A DNA stretch of 64,000 nucleotides, taken from NCBI GenBank assembly GCA_036172245.1, contig JAYWIR010000082.1:1-64000 (forward strand). Direction: 5' to 3'. This DNA is from Raillietiella orientalis. Taxonomy: Eukaryota. The notes below the pieces were generated by a model. The model was given only the letters and a program-made list of their open reading frames with translations, ran no database searches and was not told the origin of the DNA. A program made the position numbers and the translations under genes. Positions 1 through 13,035 of the stretch are shown in pieces; within the stretch, counting starts at the first letter, position 1, and each line of letters opens with the position of its first letter.

Positions 1-3000
1 ATCAAAGAGAAGGAAAACATTTCCTTTCTATTTCCGACACTAGTAACCATGAAAACGAAACAGAGTCCAAAGTGCCTCACCCTAATGAAAAGTCGGTCTC
101 ATCTCAATGTTCTTCTAAACCCAGTCAAATGGACGTTTGTGCGGCTATCCATGACGGGAATTTGCAACTCACTGCAAATGGACGCTTCGGGGAGAGGTGC
201 AAAAGTGCAAAGGTGTAATCTTCTGATTGCGAATTGATTACAAACCACCAAACGTTTAAATTCGGGCCACATAATGAATCACAGAGAAGGAAAACATTCC
301 CTTTCTATTTCCGACACTAGTAACCATGAAAACGAAACAGAGTCCAAATTGCCCCACCCTAATGAAAAGTCGGTCTCATCTCAATGTTCTTCTAAACCCA
401 GTCAAATGGACGTTTGTGCGGCTATCCATGACGGGAATTTGCAACTCACTGCAAATGGACGCTTCGGGAAGAGGCGCAAAAGTGCAAAGGTGTAATCTTC
501 TGATTCCGAATTGATTACAAACTCCCAAACGTTTCAAATTCGGACAACATAATGAATCAAAGAGAAGGAAAACATTTCCTTTCTATTTCCGACACTAGTA
601 ACCATGAAAACGAAACAGAGTCCAAAGTGCCTCACCCTAATGAAAAGTCGGTCTCATCTCAATGTTCTTCTAAACCCAGTCAAATGGACGTTTGTGCGGC
701 TATCCATGACGGGAATTTGCAACTCACTGCAAATGGAAGCTTCGGGAAGAGGTGCAAAAGTGCAAAGGTGTAATCTTCTCATTGCGAATTGATTACAAAC
801 CCCCAAACCTTGCAAGTTCGGACCACATAATGAATCAAAGAGAAGGAAAACATTCCCTTTCTATTTCCGACACTAGTAACCATGAAAACGAAACAGAGTC
901 CAAATTGCCCCACCCTAATGAAAAGTCGGTCTCATCGCAATGTTCTTCTAAACCCAGTCAAATGGACGTTTGTGCGGCTATCCATGACGGGAATTTGCAA
1001 CTCACTGCAAATGGAAGCTTCGGGAAGAGGTGCAAAAGTGCAAAGGTGTAATCTTCTCATTGCGAATTGATTACAAACCCCCAAACGTTGCAAGTTCGGA
1101 CCACATAATGAATCAAAGAGAAGGAAAACATTCCCTTTCTATTTCCGACACTAGTAACCATGAAAACGAAACAGAGTCCAAAGTGCCCCACCCTTATGAG
1201 AAGTCGGTCTCATCTCTATGTTCTTCTGAACCCAGTCAACTGGACGTTTGTGCGGCTATCCATGACGGGAATTTGCAACTCACTGCAAATGGACGCTTCG
1301 GGAAGAGGTGCAAAAGTGCAAAGGTGTAATCTTCTGATTGCGAATTGATTACAAACCCCCAAACGTTGCAAGTTCGGACCACATAATGAATCAAAGAGAA
1401 GGAAAACATTCCCTTTCTATTTCCGACACTAGTAACCATGAAAACGAAACAGAGTCCAAAGTGCCCCACCCTTATGAGAAGTCGGTCTCATCTCTATGTT
1501 CTTCTGAACCCAGTCAACTGGACGTTTGTGCGGCTATCCATGACGGGAATTTGCAACTCACTGCAAATGGAAGCTTCGGGAAGAGGTGCAAAAGTGCAAA
1601 GGTGTAATCTTCTGATTGCGAATTGATTACAAACCCCCAAACGTTGCAAGTTCGGACCACATAATGAATCAAAGAGAAGGAAAACATTCCCTTTCTATTT
1701 CCGACACTAGTAACCATGAAAACGAAACAGAGTCCAAAGTGCCCCACCCTAATGAAAAGTCGGTCTCATCTCAATGTTCTTCTAAACCCAGTCAAATGGA
1801 CGTTTGTGCGGCTATCCATGACGGGAATTTGCAACTCACTGCAAATGGACGCTTCGGGAAGAGGCGCAAAAGTGCAAAGGTGTAATCTTCTGATTGCGAA
1901 TTGATTACAAACCCCCAAACGTTGCAAATTCGGACCACATAATGAATCAAAGGGAAGGAAAACATTTCCTTTCTATTTCCGACACTAGTAACCATGAAAA
2001 CGAAACAGAGTCCAAAGTGCCCCACCCTAATGAAAAGTCGGTCTCATCTCAATGTTCTTCTAAACCCAGTCAAATGGACGTTTGTGCGGCTATCCATGAC
2101 GGGAATTTGCAACTCACTGCAAATGGAAGCTTCGGGAAGAGGTGCAAAAGTGCAAAGGTGTAATCTTCTCATTGCGAATTGATTACAAACCCCCAAACCT
2201 TGCAAGTTCGGACCACATAATGAATCAAAGAGAAGGAAAACATTCCCTTTCTATTTCCGACACTAGTAGCCATAAAAACGAAACAGAGTCCAAATTGCCC
2301 CACCCTAATGAAAAGTCGGTCTCATCACAATGTTCTTCTAAGCCCAGTCAAATGGACGTTTGTGCGGCTATCCATGACGGGAATTTGCAACTCACTGCAA
2401 ATGGAAGCTTCGGGAAGAGGTGCAAAAGTGCAAAGGTGTAATCTTCTGATTTCGAATTGATTACAAACCCCCAAACCTTGCAAGTTCGGACCACATAATG
2501 AATCAAAGAGAAGGAAAACTTTCCCTTTCTATTTCCGACACTAGCAACCATGAAAACGAAACAGAGTCCAAAGTGCCCCACCCTAATGAAAAGTCGGTCT
2601 CATCTCAATGTTCTTCTAAACCCAGTCAAATGGACGTTTGTGCGGCTATCCATGACGGGAATTTGCAACTCACTGCAAATGGACGCTTCGGGAAGGGGCG
2701 CAAAAGTGCAAAGGTGTAATCTTCTGATTTCGAATTGATTACAAACCCCCAAACGTTGCAACTTCGGACCACATAATGAATCAATAGGAAGGAAAACATT
2801 TCCTTTCGATTTCGGACAGTCGTTACCATGAAAACGAAACAGAGTCCAAAGTGCCCTACCCTAAGGAAAGGACGCACTCATCTGAAAGTTCTTCTAACCC
2901 AGTCAAATGTACGTATGTGCGGCTATCCATGACGGGAATTTGCAACTCACTGCAAATGGACGCTTCGGGAAGACGCGCAAAAGTGCAAAGGTGTAATCTT

Positions 3001-6000
3001 CTGATTGCGAATTGATTACAAACCCCCAAACGTTTAAATTCGGACAACAGAATGAATCAAAGAGAAGGAAAACATTCCCTTTCTATTTCCGACACTAGTA
3101 ACCATGAAAACGAAACAGAGTCCAAAGTGCCCCACCCTTATGAGAAGTCGGTCTCATCTCAATGTTCTTCTAAACCCAGTCAAATGGACGTTTGTGCGGC
3201 TATCCATGACGGGAATTTGCAACTCACTGCAAATGGACGCTTCGGGAAGAGGCGCAAAAGTGCAAAGGTGTAATCTTCTGATTGCGAATTGATTACAAAC
3301 CCCCAAACGTTGCAACTTCGGACCACATAATGAATCAATAGGAAGGAAAACATTTCCTTTCGATTTCGGACAGTCGTTACCATGAAAACGAAACAGAGTC
3401 CAAAGTGCCCTACCCTAAGGAAAGGACGCACTCATCTTATAGTTCTTCTAACTCAGTCAAATGTACGTATGTGCGGCTATCCATGACGGGAATTTGCAAC
3501 TCACTGCAAATGGACGCTTCGGGAAGACGCGCAAAAGTGCAAAGGTGTAATCTTCTGATTGCGAATTGATTACAAACCCCCAAACGTTTAAATTCGGACA
3601 ACAGAATGAATCAAAGAGAAGGAAAACATTCCCTTTCTATTTCCGACACTAGTAACCATGAAAACGAAACAGAGTCCAAAGTGCCCCACCCTTATGAGAA
3701 GTCGGTCTCATCTCAATGTTCTTCTAAACCCAGTCAAATGGACGTTTGTGCGGCTATCCATGACGGGAATTTGCAACTCACTGCAAATGGACGCTTCGGG
3801 AAGAGGCGCAAAAGTGCAAAGGTGTAATCTTCTGATTCCGAATTGATTACAAACTCCCAAACGTTTCAAATTCGGACAACATAATGAATCAAAGAGAAGG
3901 AAAACATTTCCTTTCTATTTCCGACACTAGTAACCATGAAAACGAAACAGAGTCCAAATTGCCCCACCCTAATGAAAAGTCGGTCTCATCTCAATGTTCT
4001 TCTAAACCCAGTCAAATGGACGTTTGTGCGGCTATCCATGACGGGAATTTGCAACTCACTGCAAATGGACGCTTCGGGAAGAGGCGCAAAAGTGCAAAGG
4101 TGTAATCTTCTGATTCCGAATTGATTACAAACTCCCAAACGTTTCAAATTCGGACAACATAATGAATCAAAGAGAAGGAAAACATTCCCTTTCTATTTCC
4201 GACACTAGTAACCATGAAAACGAAACAGAGTCCAAATTGCCCCACCCTAATGAAAAGTCGGTCTCATCTCAATGTTCTTCTAAACCCAGTCAAATGGACG
4301 TTTGTGCGGCTATCCATGACGGGAATTTGCAACTCACTGCAAATGGACGCTTCGGGAAGAGGCGCAAAAGTGCAAAGGTGTAATCTTCTGATTCCGAATT
4401 GATTACAAACTCCCAAACGTTTCAAATTCGGACAACATAATGAATCAAAGAGAAGGAAAACATTTCCTTTCTATTTCCGACACTAGTAACCATGAAAACG
4501 AAACAGAGTCCAAAGTGCCCCACCCTAATGAAAAGTCGGTCTCATCTCAATGTTCTTCTAAACCCAGTCAAATGGACGTTTGTGCGGCTATCCATGACGG
4601 GAATTTGCAACTCACTGCAAATGGAAGCTTCGGGAAGAGGCGCAAAAGTGCAAAGGTGTAATCTTCTGATTCCGAATTGATTACAAACCACCAAACGTTT
4701 ACATTCGGACCACATAATGAATCACAGAGAAAGAAAACATTCCCTTTCTATTTCCGACACTAGTAACCATGAAAACGAAACAGAGTCCAAATTGCCCCAC
4801 CCTAATGAAAAGTCGGTCTCATCTCAATGTTCTTCTAAACCCAGTCAAATGGACGTTTGTGCGGCTATCCATGACGGGAATTTGCAACTCACTGCAAATG
4901 GAAGCTTCGGGAAGAGGTGCAAAAGTGCAAAGGTGTAATCTTCTCATTGCGAATTGATTACAAACCCCCAAACGTTGCAAGTTCGGACCACATAATGAAT
5001 CAAAGAGAAGGAAAACATTCCCTTTCTATTTCCGACACTAGTAACCATGAAAACGAAACAGAGTCCAAAGTGCCCCACCCTAATGAAAAGTCGGTCTCAT
5101 CTCAATGTTCTTCTAAACCCAGTCAAATGGACGTTTGTGCGGCTATCCATGACGGGAATTTGCAACTCACTGCAAATGGACGCTTCGGGAAGACGCGCAA
5201 AAGTGCAAAGGTGTAATCTTCTGATTGCGAATTGATTACAAACCCCCAAACGTTTAAATTCGGACAACAGAATGAATCAAAGAGAAGGAAAACATTCCCT
5301 TTCTATTTCCGACACTAGTAACCATGAAAACGAAACAGAGTCCAAAGTGCCCCACCCTTATGAGAAGTCGGTCTCATCTCAATGTTCTTCTAAACCCAGT
5401 CAAATGGACGTTTGTGCGGCTATCCATGACGGGAATTTGCAACTCACTGCAAATGGACGCTTCGGGAAGAGGCGCAAAAGTGCAAAGGTGTAATCTTCTG
5501 ATTCCGAATTGATTACAAACTCCCAAACGTTTCAAATTCGGACAACATAATGAATCAAAGAGAAGGAAAACATTTCCTTTCTATTTCCGACACTAGTAAC
5601 CATGAAAACGAAACAGAGTCCAAAGTGCCCCACCCTAATGAAAAGTCGGTCTCATCTCAATGTTCTTCTAAACCCAGTCAAATGGACGTTTGTGCGGCTA
5701 TCCATGACGGGAATTTGCAACTCACTGCAAATGGAAGCTTCGGGAAGAGGTGCAAAAGTGCAAAGGTGTAATCTTCTGATTCCGAATTGATTACAAACTC
5801 CCAAACGTTTCAAATTCGGACAACATAATGAATCAAAGAGAAGGAAAACATTTCCTTTCTATTTCCGACACTAGTAACCATGAAAACGAAACAGAGTCCA
5901 AAGTGCCCCACCCTTATGAGAAGTCGGTCTCATCTCTATGTTCTTCTGAACCCAGTCAACTGGACGTTTGTGCGGCTATCCATGACGGGAATTTGCAACT

Positions 6001-8452
6001 CACTGCAAATGGACGCTTCGGGAAGAGGTGCAAAAGTGCAAAGGTGTAATCTTCTGATTTCGAATTGATTACAAACCCCCAAACGTTGCAAGTTCGGACC
6101 ACATAATGAATCAAAGAGAAGGAAAACATTCCCTTTCTATTTCCGACACTAGTAACCATGAAAACGAAACAGAGTCCAAAGTGCCCCACCCTAATGAAAA
6201 GTCGGTCTCATCGCAATGTTCTTCTAAACCCAGTCAAATGGACGTTTGTGCGGCTATCCATGACGGGAATTTGCAACTCACTGCAAATGGAAGCTTCGGG
6301 AAGAGGTGCAAAAGTGCAAAGGTGTAATCTTCTCATTGCGAATTGATTACAAACCCCCAAACGTTGCAAGTTCGGACCACATAATGAATCAAAGAGAAGG
6401 AAAACATTCCCTTTCTATTTCCGACACTAGTAACCATGAAAACGAAACAGAGTCCAAAGTGCCTCACCCTAATGAAAAGTCGGTCTCATCTCAATGTTCT
6501 TCTAAACCCAGTCAAATGGACGTTTGTGCGGCTATCCATGACGGGAATTTGCAACTCACTGCAAATGGACGCTTCGGGAAGAGGCGCAAAAGTGCAAAGG
6601 TGTAATCTTCTGATTGCGAATTGATTACAAACCCCCAAACGTTTAAATTCGGACAACAGAATGAATCAAAGAGAAGGAAAACATTCCCTTTCTATTTCCG
6701 ACACTAGTAACCATGAAAACGAAACAGAGTCCAAAGTGCCTCACCCTTATGAAAAGTCGGTCTCATCTCAATGTTCTTCTAAACCCAGTCAAATGGACGT
6801 TTGTGCGGCTATCCATGACGGGAATTTGCAACTCACTGCAAATGGACGCTTCGGGAAGAGGTGCAAAAGTGCAAAGGTGTAATCTTCTGATTGCGAATTG
6901 ATTACAAACCCCCAAACGTTTCAAATTCGGACAACATAATGAATCAAAGAGAAGGAAAACATTTCCTTTCTATTTCCGACAGTGGTTACCATGAAAACGA
7001 AACAGAGTCCAAAGTGCCCCACCCTAATGAAAAGTCGGTCTCATCTCAATGTTCTTCTGAACCCAGTCAAATGGACGTTTGTGCGGCTATCCATGACGGG
7101 AATTTGCAACTCACTGCAAATGGAAGCTTCGGGAAGAGGTGCAAAAGTGCAAAGGTGTAATCTTCTCATTGCGAATTGATTACAAACCCCCAAACGTTGC
7201 AAGTTCGGACCACATAATGAATCAAAGAGAAGGAAAACATTCCCTTTCTATTTCCGACACTAGTAACCATGAAAACGAAACAGAGTCCAAAGTGCCCCAC
7301 CCTTATGAGAAGTCGGTCTCATCTCTATGTTCTTCTGAACCCAGTCAACTGGACGTTTGTGCGGCTATCCATGACGGGAATTTGCAACTCACTGCAAATG
7401 GACGCTTCGGGAAGAGGTGCAAAAGTGCAAAGGTGTAATCTTCTGATTGCGAATTGATTACAAACCCCCAAACGTTGCAAGTTCGGACCACATAATGAAT
7501 CAAAGAGAAGGAAAACATTCCCTTTCTATTTCCGACACTAGTAACCATGAAAACGAAACAGAGTCCAAATTGCCCCACCCTAATGAAAAGTCGGTCTCAT
7601 CTCAATGTTCTTCTAAACCCAGTCAAATGGACGTTTGTGCGGCTATCCATGACGGGAATTTGCAACTCACTGCAAATGGAAGCTTCGGGAAGAGGTGCAA
7701 AAGTGCAAAGGTGTAATCTTCTCATTGCGAATTGATTACAAACCCCCAAACGTTGCAAGTTCGGACCACATAATGAATCAAAGAGAAGGAAAACATTCCC
7801 TTTCTATTTCCGACACTAGCAACCATGAAAACGAAACAGAGTCCAAAGTGCCCCACCCTAATGAAAAGTCGGTCTCATCTCTATGTTCTTCTGAACCCAG
7901 TCAACTGGACGTTTGTGCGGCTATCCATGACGGGAATTTGCAACTCACTGCAAATGGACGCTTCGGGAAGAGGTGCAAAAGTGCAAAGGTCTAATCTTTT
8001 GATTTCGAATTGATTACAAACCCCCAAACGTTGCAAGTTCGGACCACATAATGAATCAAAGAGAAGGAAAACATTCCCTTTCTATTTCCGACAGTGGTTA
8101 CCATAAAAACGAAACAGAGTCCAAAGTGCCCCACCCTAATGAAAAGTCGGTCTCATCTCAATGTTCTTCTTTACCTAGGAAAATGGACGTATGTGCGGCT
8201 ATCCATCACAAGAATTCAGCGTTCACTGCAAATGGATCCTTCATGAAGAGGCGCAAAAGTGCAAAGGTGTCTTCTGCTGATTTCGAATTGATTACAAACC
8301 CCCAAACGTTGAAAATTCGGACCACATAATGAATCAAAGAGAAGGAAAACATTCCGTTTCTATTTCCGACAGTGGTTACCATGAAAACGAAACAGAGTCC
8401 AAAGTGCCCCACCCTAATGAAAAGTCGGTCTCATCTCAATGTTCTTCTGAAC
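1..8452 (+). repeat. Tandem satellite array, ~278-bp monomer, ~30 highly similar copies
   Basis: The motif ATGAATCAAAGAGAAGGAAAACATT...GACGGGAATTTGCAACTCACTGCAAATGG recurs every 277-278 bp. The repeated 62/73-aa ORFs have the same period. Confidence 0.98.
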
Positions 8453-11400
8453 GTCCATTTGACTGTGTTCAGAAGAACGTTGAGATGAGTCCAACCTTTC
8501 CTTAGGTTGGGGCAGTGTTGACTCTGTTTCGTTTTCATGGTAACGAGTGTCGGATTTAGAAAGGGAATCTTTCCTTTCGCTCTGATTCATTATGTGGTCC
8601 AAGTTTGCAACGTTTCGGGGTTTGTAATCATTTCGAAATCGGAAAATTTCACCATTGCAAGTTTACGCCTCTTCCAATAACATTTATTTTCCGAGAGTGC
8701 CAAATTTCCGTCATGGAGTACCGCATAGCCTTCCAATTGTCTGGTTTGAGAGGATGATTAAAAAGAGCCCGACTTTTGATCAGGGCGTGGCGCTTTTTAC
8801 ACTGTGCTGCTTTCATGGTAACTAGTGTTGGAATTAGAAATGGAGTCTTTTTCTTAGCTCTGAATCATTATGTGGTCCAAATTTGCAACTTTTGGGGGTT
8901 TGTAATTAATTCCAAATCAGAAAATTTCACCATTGAGAGTTTACGCCTCTTCCAGAAACATGCATTCGCAATGAGTGGTCAATTCCCGTCATTGAGAGCA
9001 ACAAAGCCTTCCAATTTCCTTGTTTCAGAGGAGGATTAAGAAACGTTCGAAATTTCATTAGGGCGTGGCACTTTGGACTCTGTATGGTTTTCATGGTAAC
9101 CAGTGTCCGAAATACAAAGGGAATCTTTACTTTGCTGAGATTCATTATGTAGTGCAAATTTTCAATTTTGGGGGGCTTCTAATCAAACGGAAATAAGCAG
9201 ATTTCACCATTGCACTTTTGCGCCTCTTCCAGAAACATCCATTTGTAGTGATTGGCCAATTCCCGTCATGGAGAGCCGCACAGCCTTCCAATTTCCTGGT
9301 TTCAGAGGATGATTAAAAAGAGTTTGACATTAAATTAAGGCATGGCACTTTGGACTCTGTGTTGTTTTCGTGGTAACCTCTGTAGGATTCGGAAAGGGAA
9401 TCTTTTCCTTCGTTCTTATTCATTGTGTGGTCCAAATTAGCAACTTTTGGGTGTTTGTAATCAATTGGAAATTAGAAGATTTCACCATTGCACTTTTACG
9501 CCTCTTCCAGAAACCTCCATTTGCAGTCAGTGGCAAATTCCCGTCGTTGAGAGCCGCACAGCCTTCCAATTTTTGGGTTTCAGAGGATGATTAAGAAGAG
9601 TCCGACATTTGATTAAGGCGTGACACTTTGGACTCTCGGTGGTCTCCATGGAAACCAGTGTCGGACTCGGAAAGGGAATATTTCCCATCGTGCTAACTCA
9701 TTACGTAGTACAAATTTGGAACCTTTAGAGTTTTCACCTCAATTCGAAATCAGCTGATTTCATCATTGCACTCTTTCGCCTCTTCCCGTGGCATCCATTT
9801 TCATCAGTGCTAATTCCCGTCATAGAAGTCCGCGCAGCAATCCACTTTCCAGGAATCAGAGAAACATTAAGAACAGTACGAATCTTCATCAGGGCGGGGC
9901 ACTTTGGACTCTCTGTTGGTTTTATTGTAACCAGTGCAGGACTCGGAAGAGGAATATTTCCCATCGTGTGAACTCATTACGTAGTCCAAATTTGGAACAT
10001 TTATAGTTTTCTCATCAATTGGAAATCAGCTCATTTCATCATTGCACTGTTGCGTCTCCTCTCTCGCATCCATTTCTACCGAGTGGAAAACTCCTGTCAT
10101 GGAGGGCCGCGCAGGAATCCAATTTCCAGGAAACACAGAAACATTAAGAAGAGTACGAGTCTTCATTAGGGCGGGGCACTTTGGATTCTCGGTGGTCTTC
10201 ATGGAATCCAGTGTCGGACTCGGAAAGGGAATATTTCCCATCGTGCTAACTCATTACGTAGTCCAAATTTGGAACATTTATAGTTTTCTCATCAATTTGA
10301 AATCAGCTGATTTCATCATTCCACTGTTGCCTTTCTTCTGTTGCATCCATATCTACCGAGTGGTAAAATCCCATCGTACAGGTCCGCGCAGCAATCCACT
10401 TTCCACGGATCAGAGAAACATTAAGAAGAGTACGAGTCTTCTTCAGGGCGGGGCACATTGGACTTTCTGTTGTTTTCATGGTAACCAGTGTCGGACTCGG
10501 AAGGGGAATCTGTCCCTTCGTGCTAACTCATTAAGTGGTCCAAATTTTAACATTCAGTGTATTCTCATCAATTCGAAATCAGCTGATTTCTTCATTGCAA
10601 TGTTGCGCCTCTTCCCGTGGTATCCATTTTGATCAGTGTCAAATTCCTGTCATAGAGGTCCGCGCAGCAATCCACTTTCCAGGAATCAGAGAAACATTAA
10701 CAAGAGTAGGAGTCTTCATCAGGGCGGGGCACTTTGGACTCACTGTTGGTTTCATGGTAACCAGTGTCGGACTCGGAAAGGGAATATTTCCCATCGTTCT
10801 AACTCATTACGTGTTCCAAATTTGGAATATTTTGTATTTTTTCATCAATTGGAAATCAGCTCATTTCATCATTGCACTGTAGCGTCTCCTCTCTCGCATC
10901 CATTTCTACCGAGTGGCAAACTCCTGTCTTGGAGGGCTGCGCAGCATTCCCATTTCTAGGATTCATAGAATCATTAAGAAGAGTACGAGTCTTCTTTAGG
11001 GCGGGGCACTTTGGATTCTCGGTGGTCTTCATGGAATCCAGTGTCGGACTCGGAAGGGGAATATTTCCCTTCGTGCTGACTTATTACGTGGTCCAAATTT
11101 GGAACATTTTGTGTATTTTCATTAATCGGAAATCAGCTGATTTCATCATTGCACTGTTGCGTCTCTTCTGTCGCATCCATTTCTACAGAGTTGCAAATTC
11201 CCGTCATGGAGGGCCTCGCAGCATTCCTATTTCTAGGAATCCGAGAAACATTCAGAATAGTACGAGTCTTCATCAGGGCGGGGCACTTTGGACTCTGTGT
11301 TGTTTTTGTGATAACCAGTGTCGGAATTGGAAAGGAAATGTTTTCCTTCGCACTGATTCATTATGTGGTCCAAATTAGGATCTTTTTCCGTTTTGCAATG

Positions 11401-11490
11401 AATTGGAAATCAGCCACTTTCACCATTGAACTGTTGCTACATTTCCCCATGCATCCATTTTCAAGGTGTTGCAATTCCCCGTTATCGGGG
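8453..11490 (-). repeat. Same satellite family in inverted orientation, ~11 increasingly diverged monomers
   Basis: Reverse complements of monomer motifs (GGGGCACTTTGGACTC, TTTCATGGTAACCAGTGTCGGA, ATTCCCGTCATGGA) recur at ~280-bp spacing and become more degenerate towards 11490. Confidence 0.95.
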
Positions 11491-11645
11491 AACGAGTCTT
11501 TTGCATTTATTCAGTAGTTGGCACATCGTTTTGCAACCCCCAAGTCTTCTTTTTTCTGATTTCTTATTTTCCCATCTTGGATTGGTCTCATGTTGAATTT
11601 CGTTGCGCGAATGAATTCGAAATCCTGTATTCTCTGATGGTAATT

Positions 11646-11700
11646 CTTCAAGCTTTTTCCACTATTGTGGAAAAAGCTTGAAGCGTGATGCATGCATCAC
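11646..11700. repeat. Two adjacent perfect hairpins/palindromes
   Basis: CTTCAAGCTTTTTCCAC-TATT-GTGGAAAAAGCTTGAAG (17-bp stem, 11646-11683), followed by the palindrome GTGATGCATGCATCAC (11685-11700). Confidence 0.9.
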
Positions 11701-12400
11701 ACGAACTGCATGACCCTTTTCTTTGACTCTTGTGATTGAGGATGCCTTCTACATTATACTCAAGACGGAGGTAAACATTCTTCTCGTGCTGCTGGTGAAG
11801 TTGTGGCTCGCGAACTTTATTGTCATTTGTCCTTCTTTGAAGTTCCACCTTGCTTTCGTTCTTCTCGATGCCTTTCCTTCTTTCTTCCAAAGGCTCACTT
11901 TGTCCTTTTCGTATTGTATTTTATTCCTATACCTAATTTTTTTTTTTGATTTCTCGAGACTTTGTTTTGTCGGGGCTTGCCGGATTCTCTTTTGACCACT
12001 TCGTCTCGACTTTCATGCGCTAACCTTATGACTGCATTGTCCGGCGAGATGAGGAAGCTGAAGCAGCTTCCCAAACTGAACGCGACTGTCCCTTTGGTTG
12101 GCTTCATCAGTCCTACGCCACCTTGGCTTCCTTCTCCGTAGAGCTACGCATTGGCTGTCCAGGATGGGGAGTACAAGGCTTTTTTGTCCCTGCGTCGGAT
12201 TTCCCCATATATATTGTGCCACATTTCCTTTCGACGAGTTGCCACTCTCTTGCCGAGAACTAGCCATGCCAAGGAAAATATTTGGATTCCATCCATTTTC
12301 TGCCATCCCGAAAGCTCACTATCTTGGTTGGCACTCGCTTTCTGGCAAATGTCCTACTTCTACGTACTCGGGTGAAAAATACTTTTACGTCCAAGGTTTT
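11700..12400 (-). pseudogene. Possible decayed chromodomain-like coding remnant
   Basis: Minus-strand peptides EYNVEGILNHK and PEYVEV...KIVSFRDGRKW..KYFPWHG loosely resemble the chromodomain consensus EYEVEKILDHR...YLVKWKG. Frameshifted. Confidence 0.2.
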
Positions 12401-13035
12401 GCCTTGGAAACTGCATGCCTCTGATAGAGCACTGCCATAGATGTTCCCCTATTTCACCTCAATGTGGGTTTTTGTTGGTCGTTTTGTTACTTTTCCGTTA
12501 GCTTTTTGTACAGAGGAAAAGTCCTTCTAAACCATTGGGTTCAGAATGAACGGACTGGCAGGCGCAACCTGGCAACGGACGGAACATGGCGTCCGTGGAA
12601 GTCCCACGGACTTCCATACTTTGTGAAAAAAGCTATGTAGAAAACACCCAAGAAGCAGCGTTGAAGAATAAAGATGAGAGGCAAGAAGACACGTCAGGGG
12701 CAATATTACCGAGGAGTAGTAGGTTGCCGCTACTCACTCCGTGCAAGTGTCTTTCACTATATCCGGGCGAGCGTCCCGAATGTGCTCGGCAACGGAGCGA
12801 ACGGGAGGAAGGGGAACTCTGTGTGCGTCTTCGGGCTCCTCGATTTCACAGCTAGCTCCTACGAAATGAAAACACTCTAACGAAAACGTAGAACCAGGAC
12901 AGCTACTTCATGGCAACGGAAGCTCCCCGTCGAATGCCAAAACTTCCAATCCGTTGTCAAACCGTTCCACGTGGAAACCGTGCTGCCGGTCGTCCTGACA
13001 AGAACGTCGTTCTTGTGACGAAGGTTAACGGAAGT

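Noticed and set aside
1..8452. Repeated 62-99 aa ORFs as a tandem gene family or CRISPR-like array
   Set aside because: They arise from the 278-bp period, which is not a multiple of 3. There are no unique spacers, and variants disrupt the ORFs freely.
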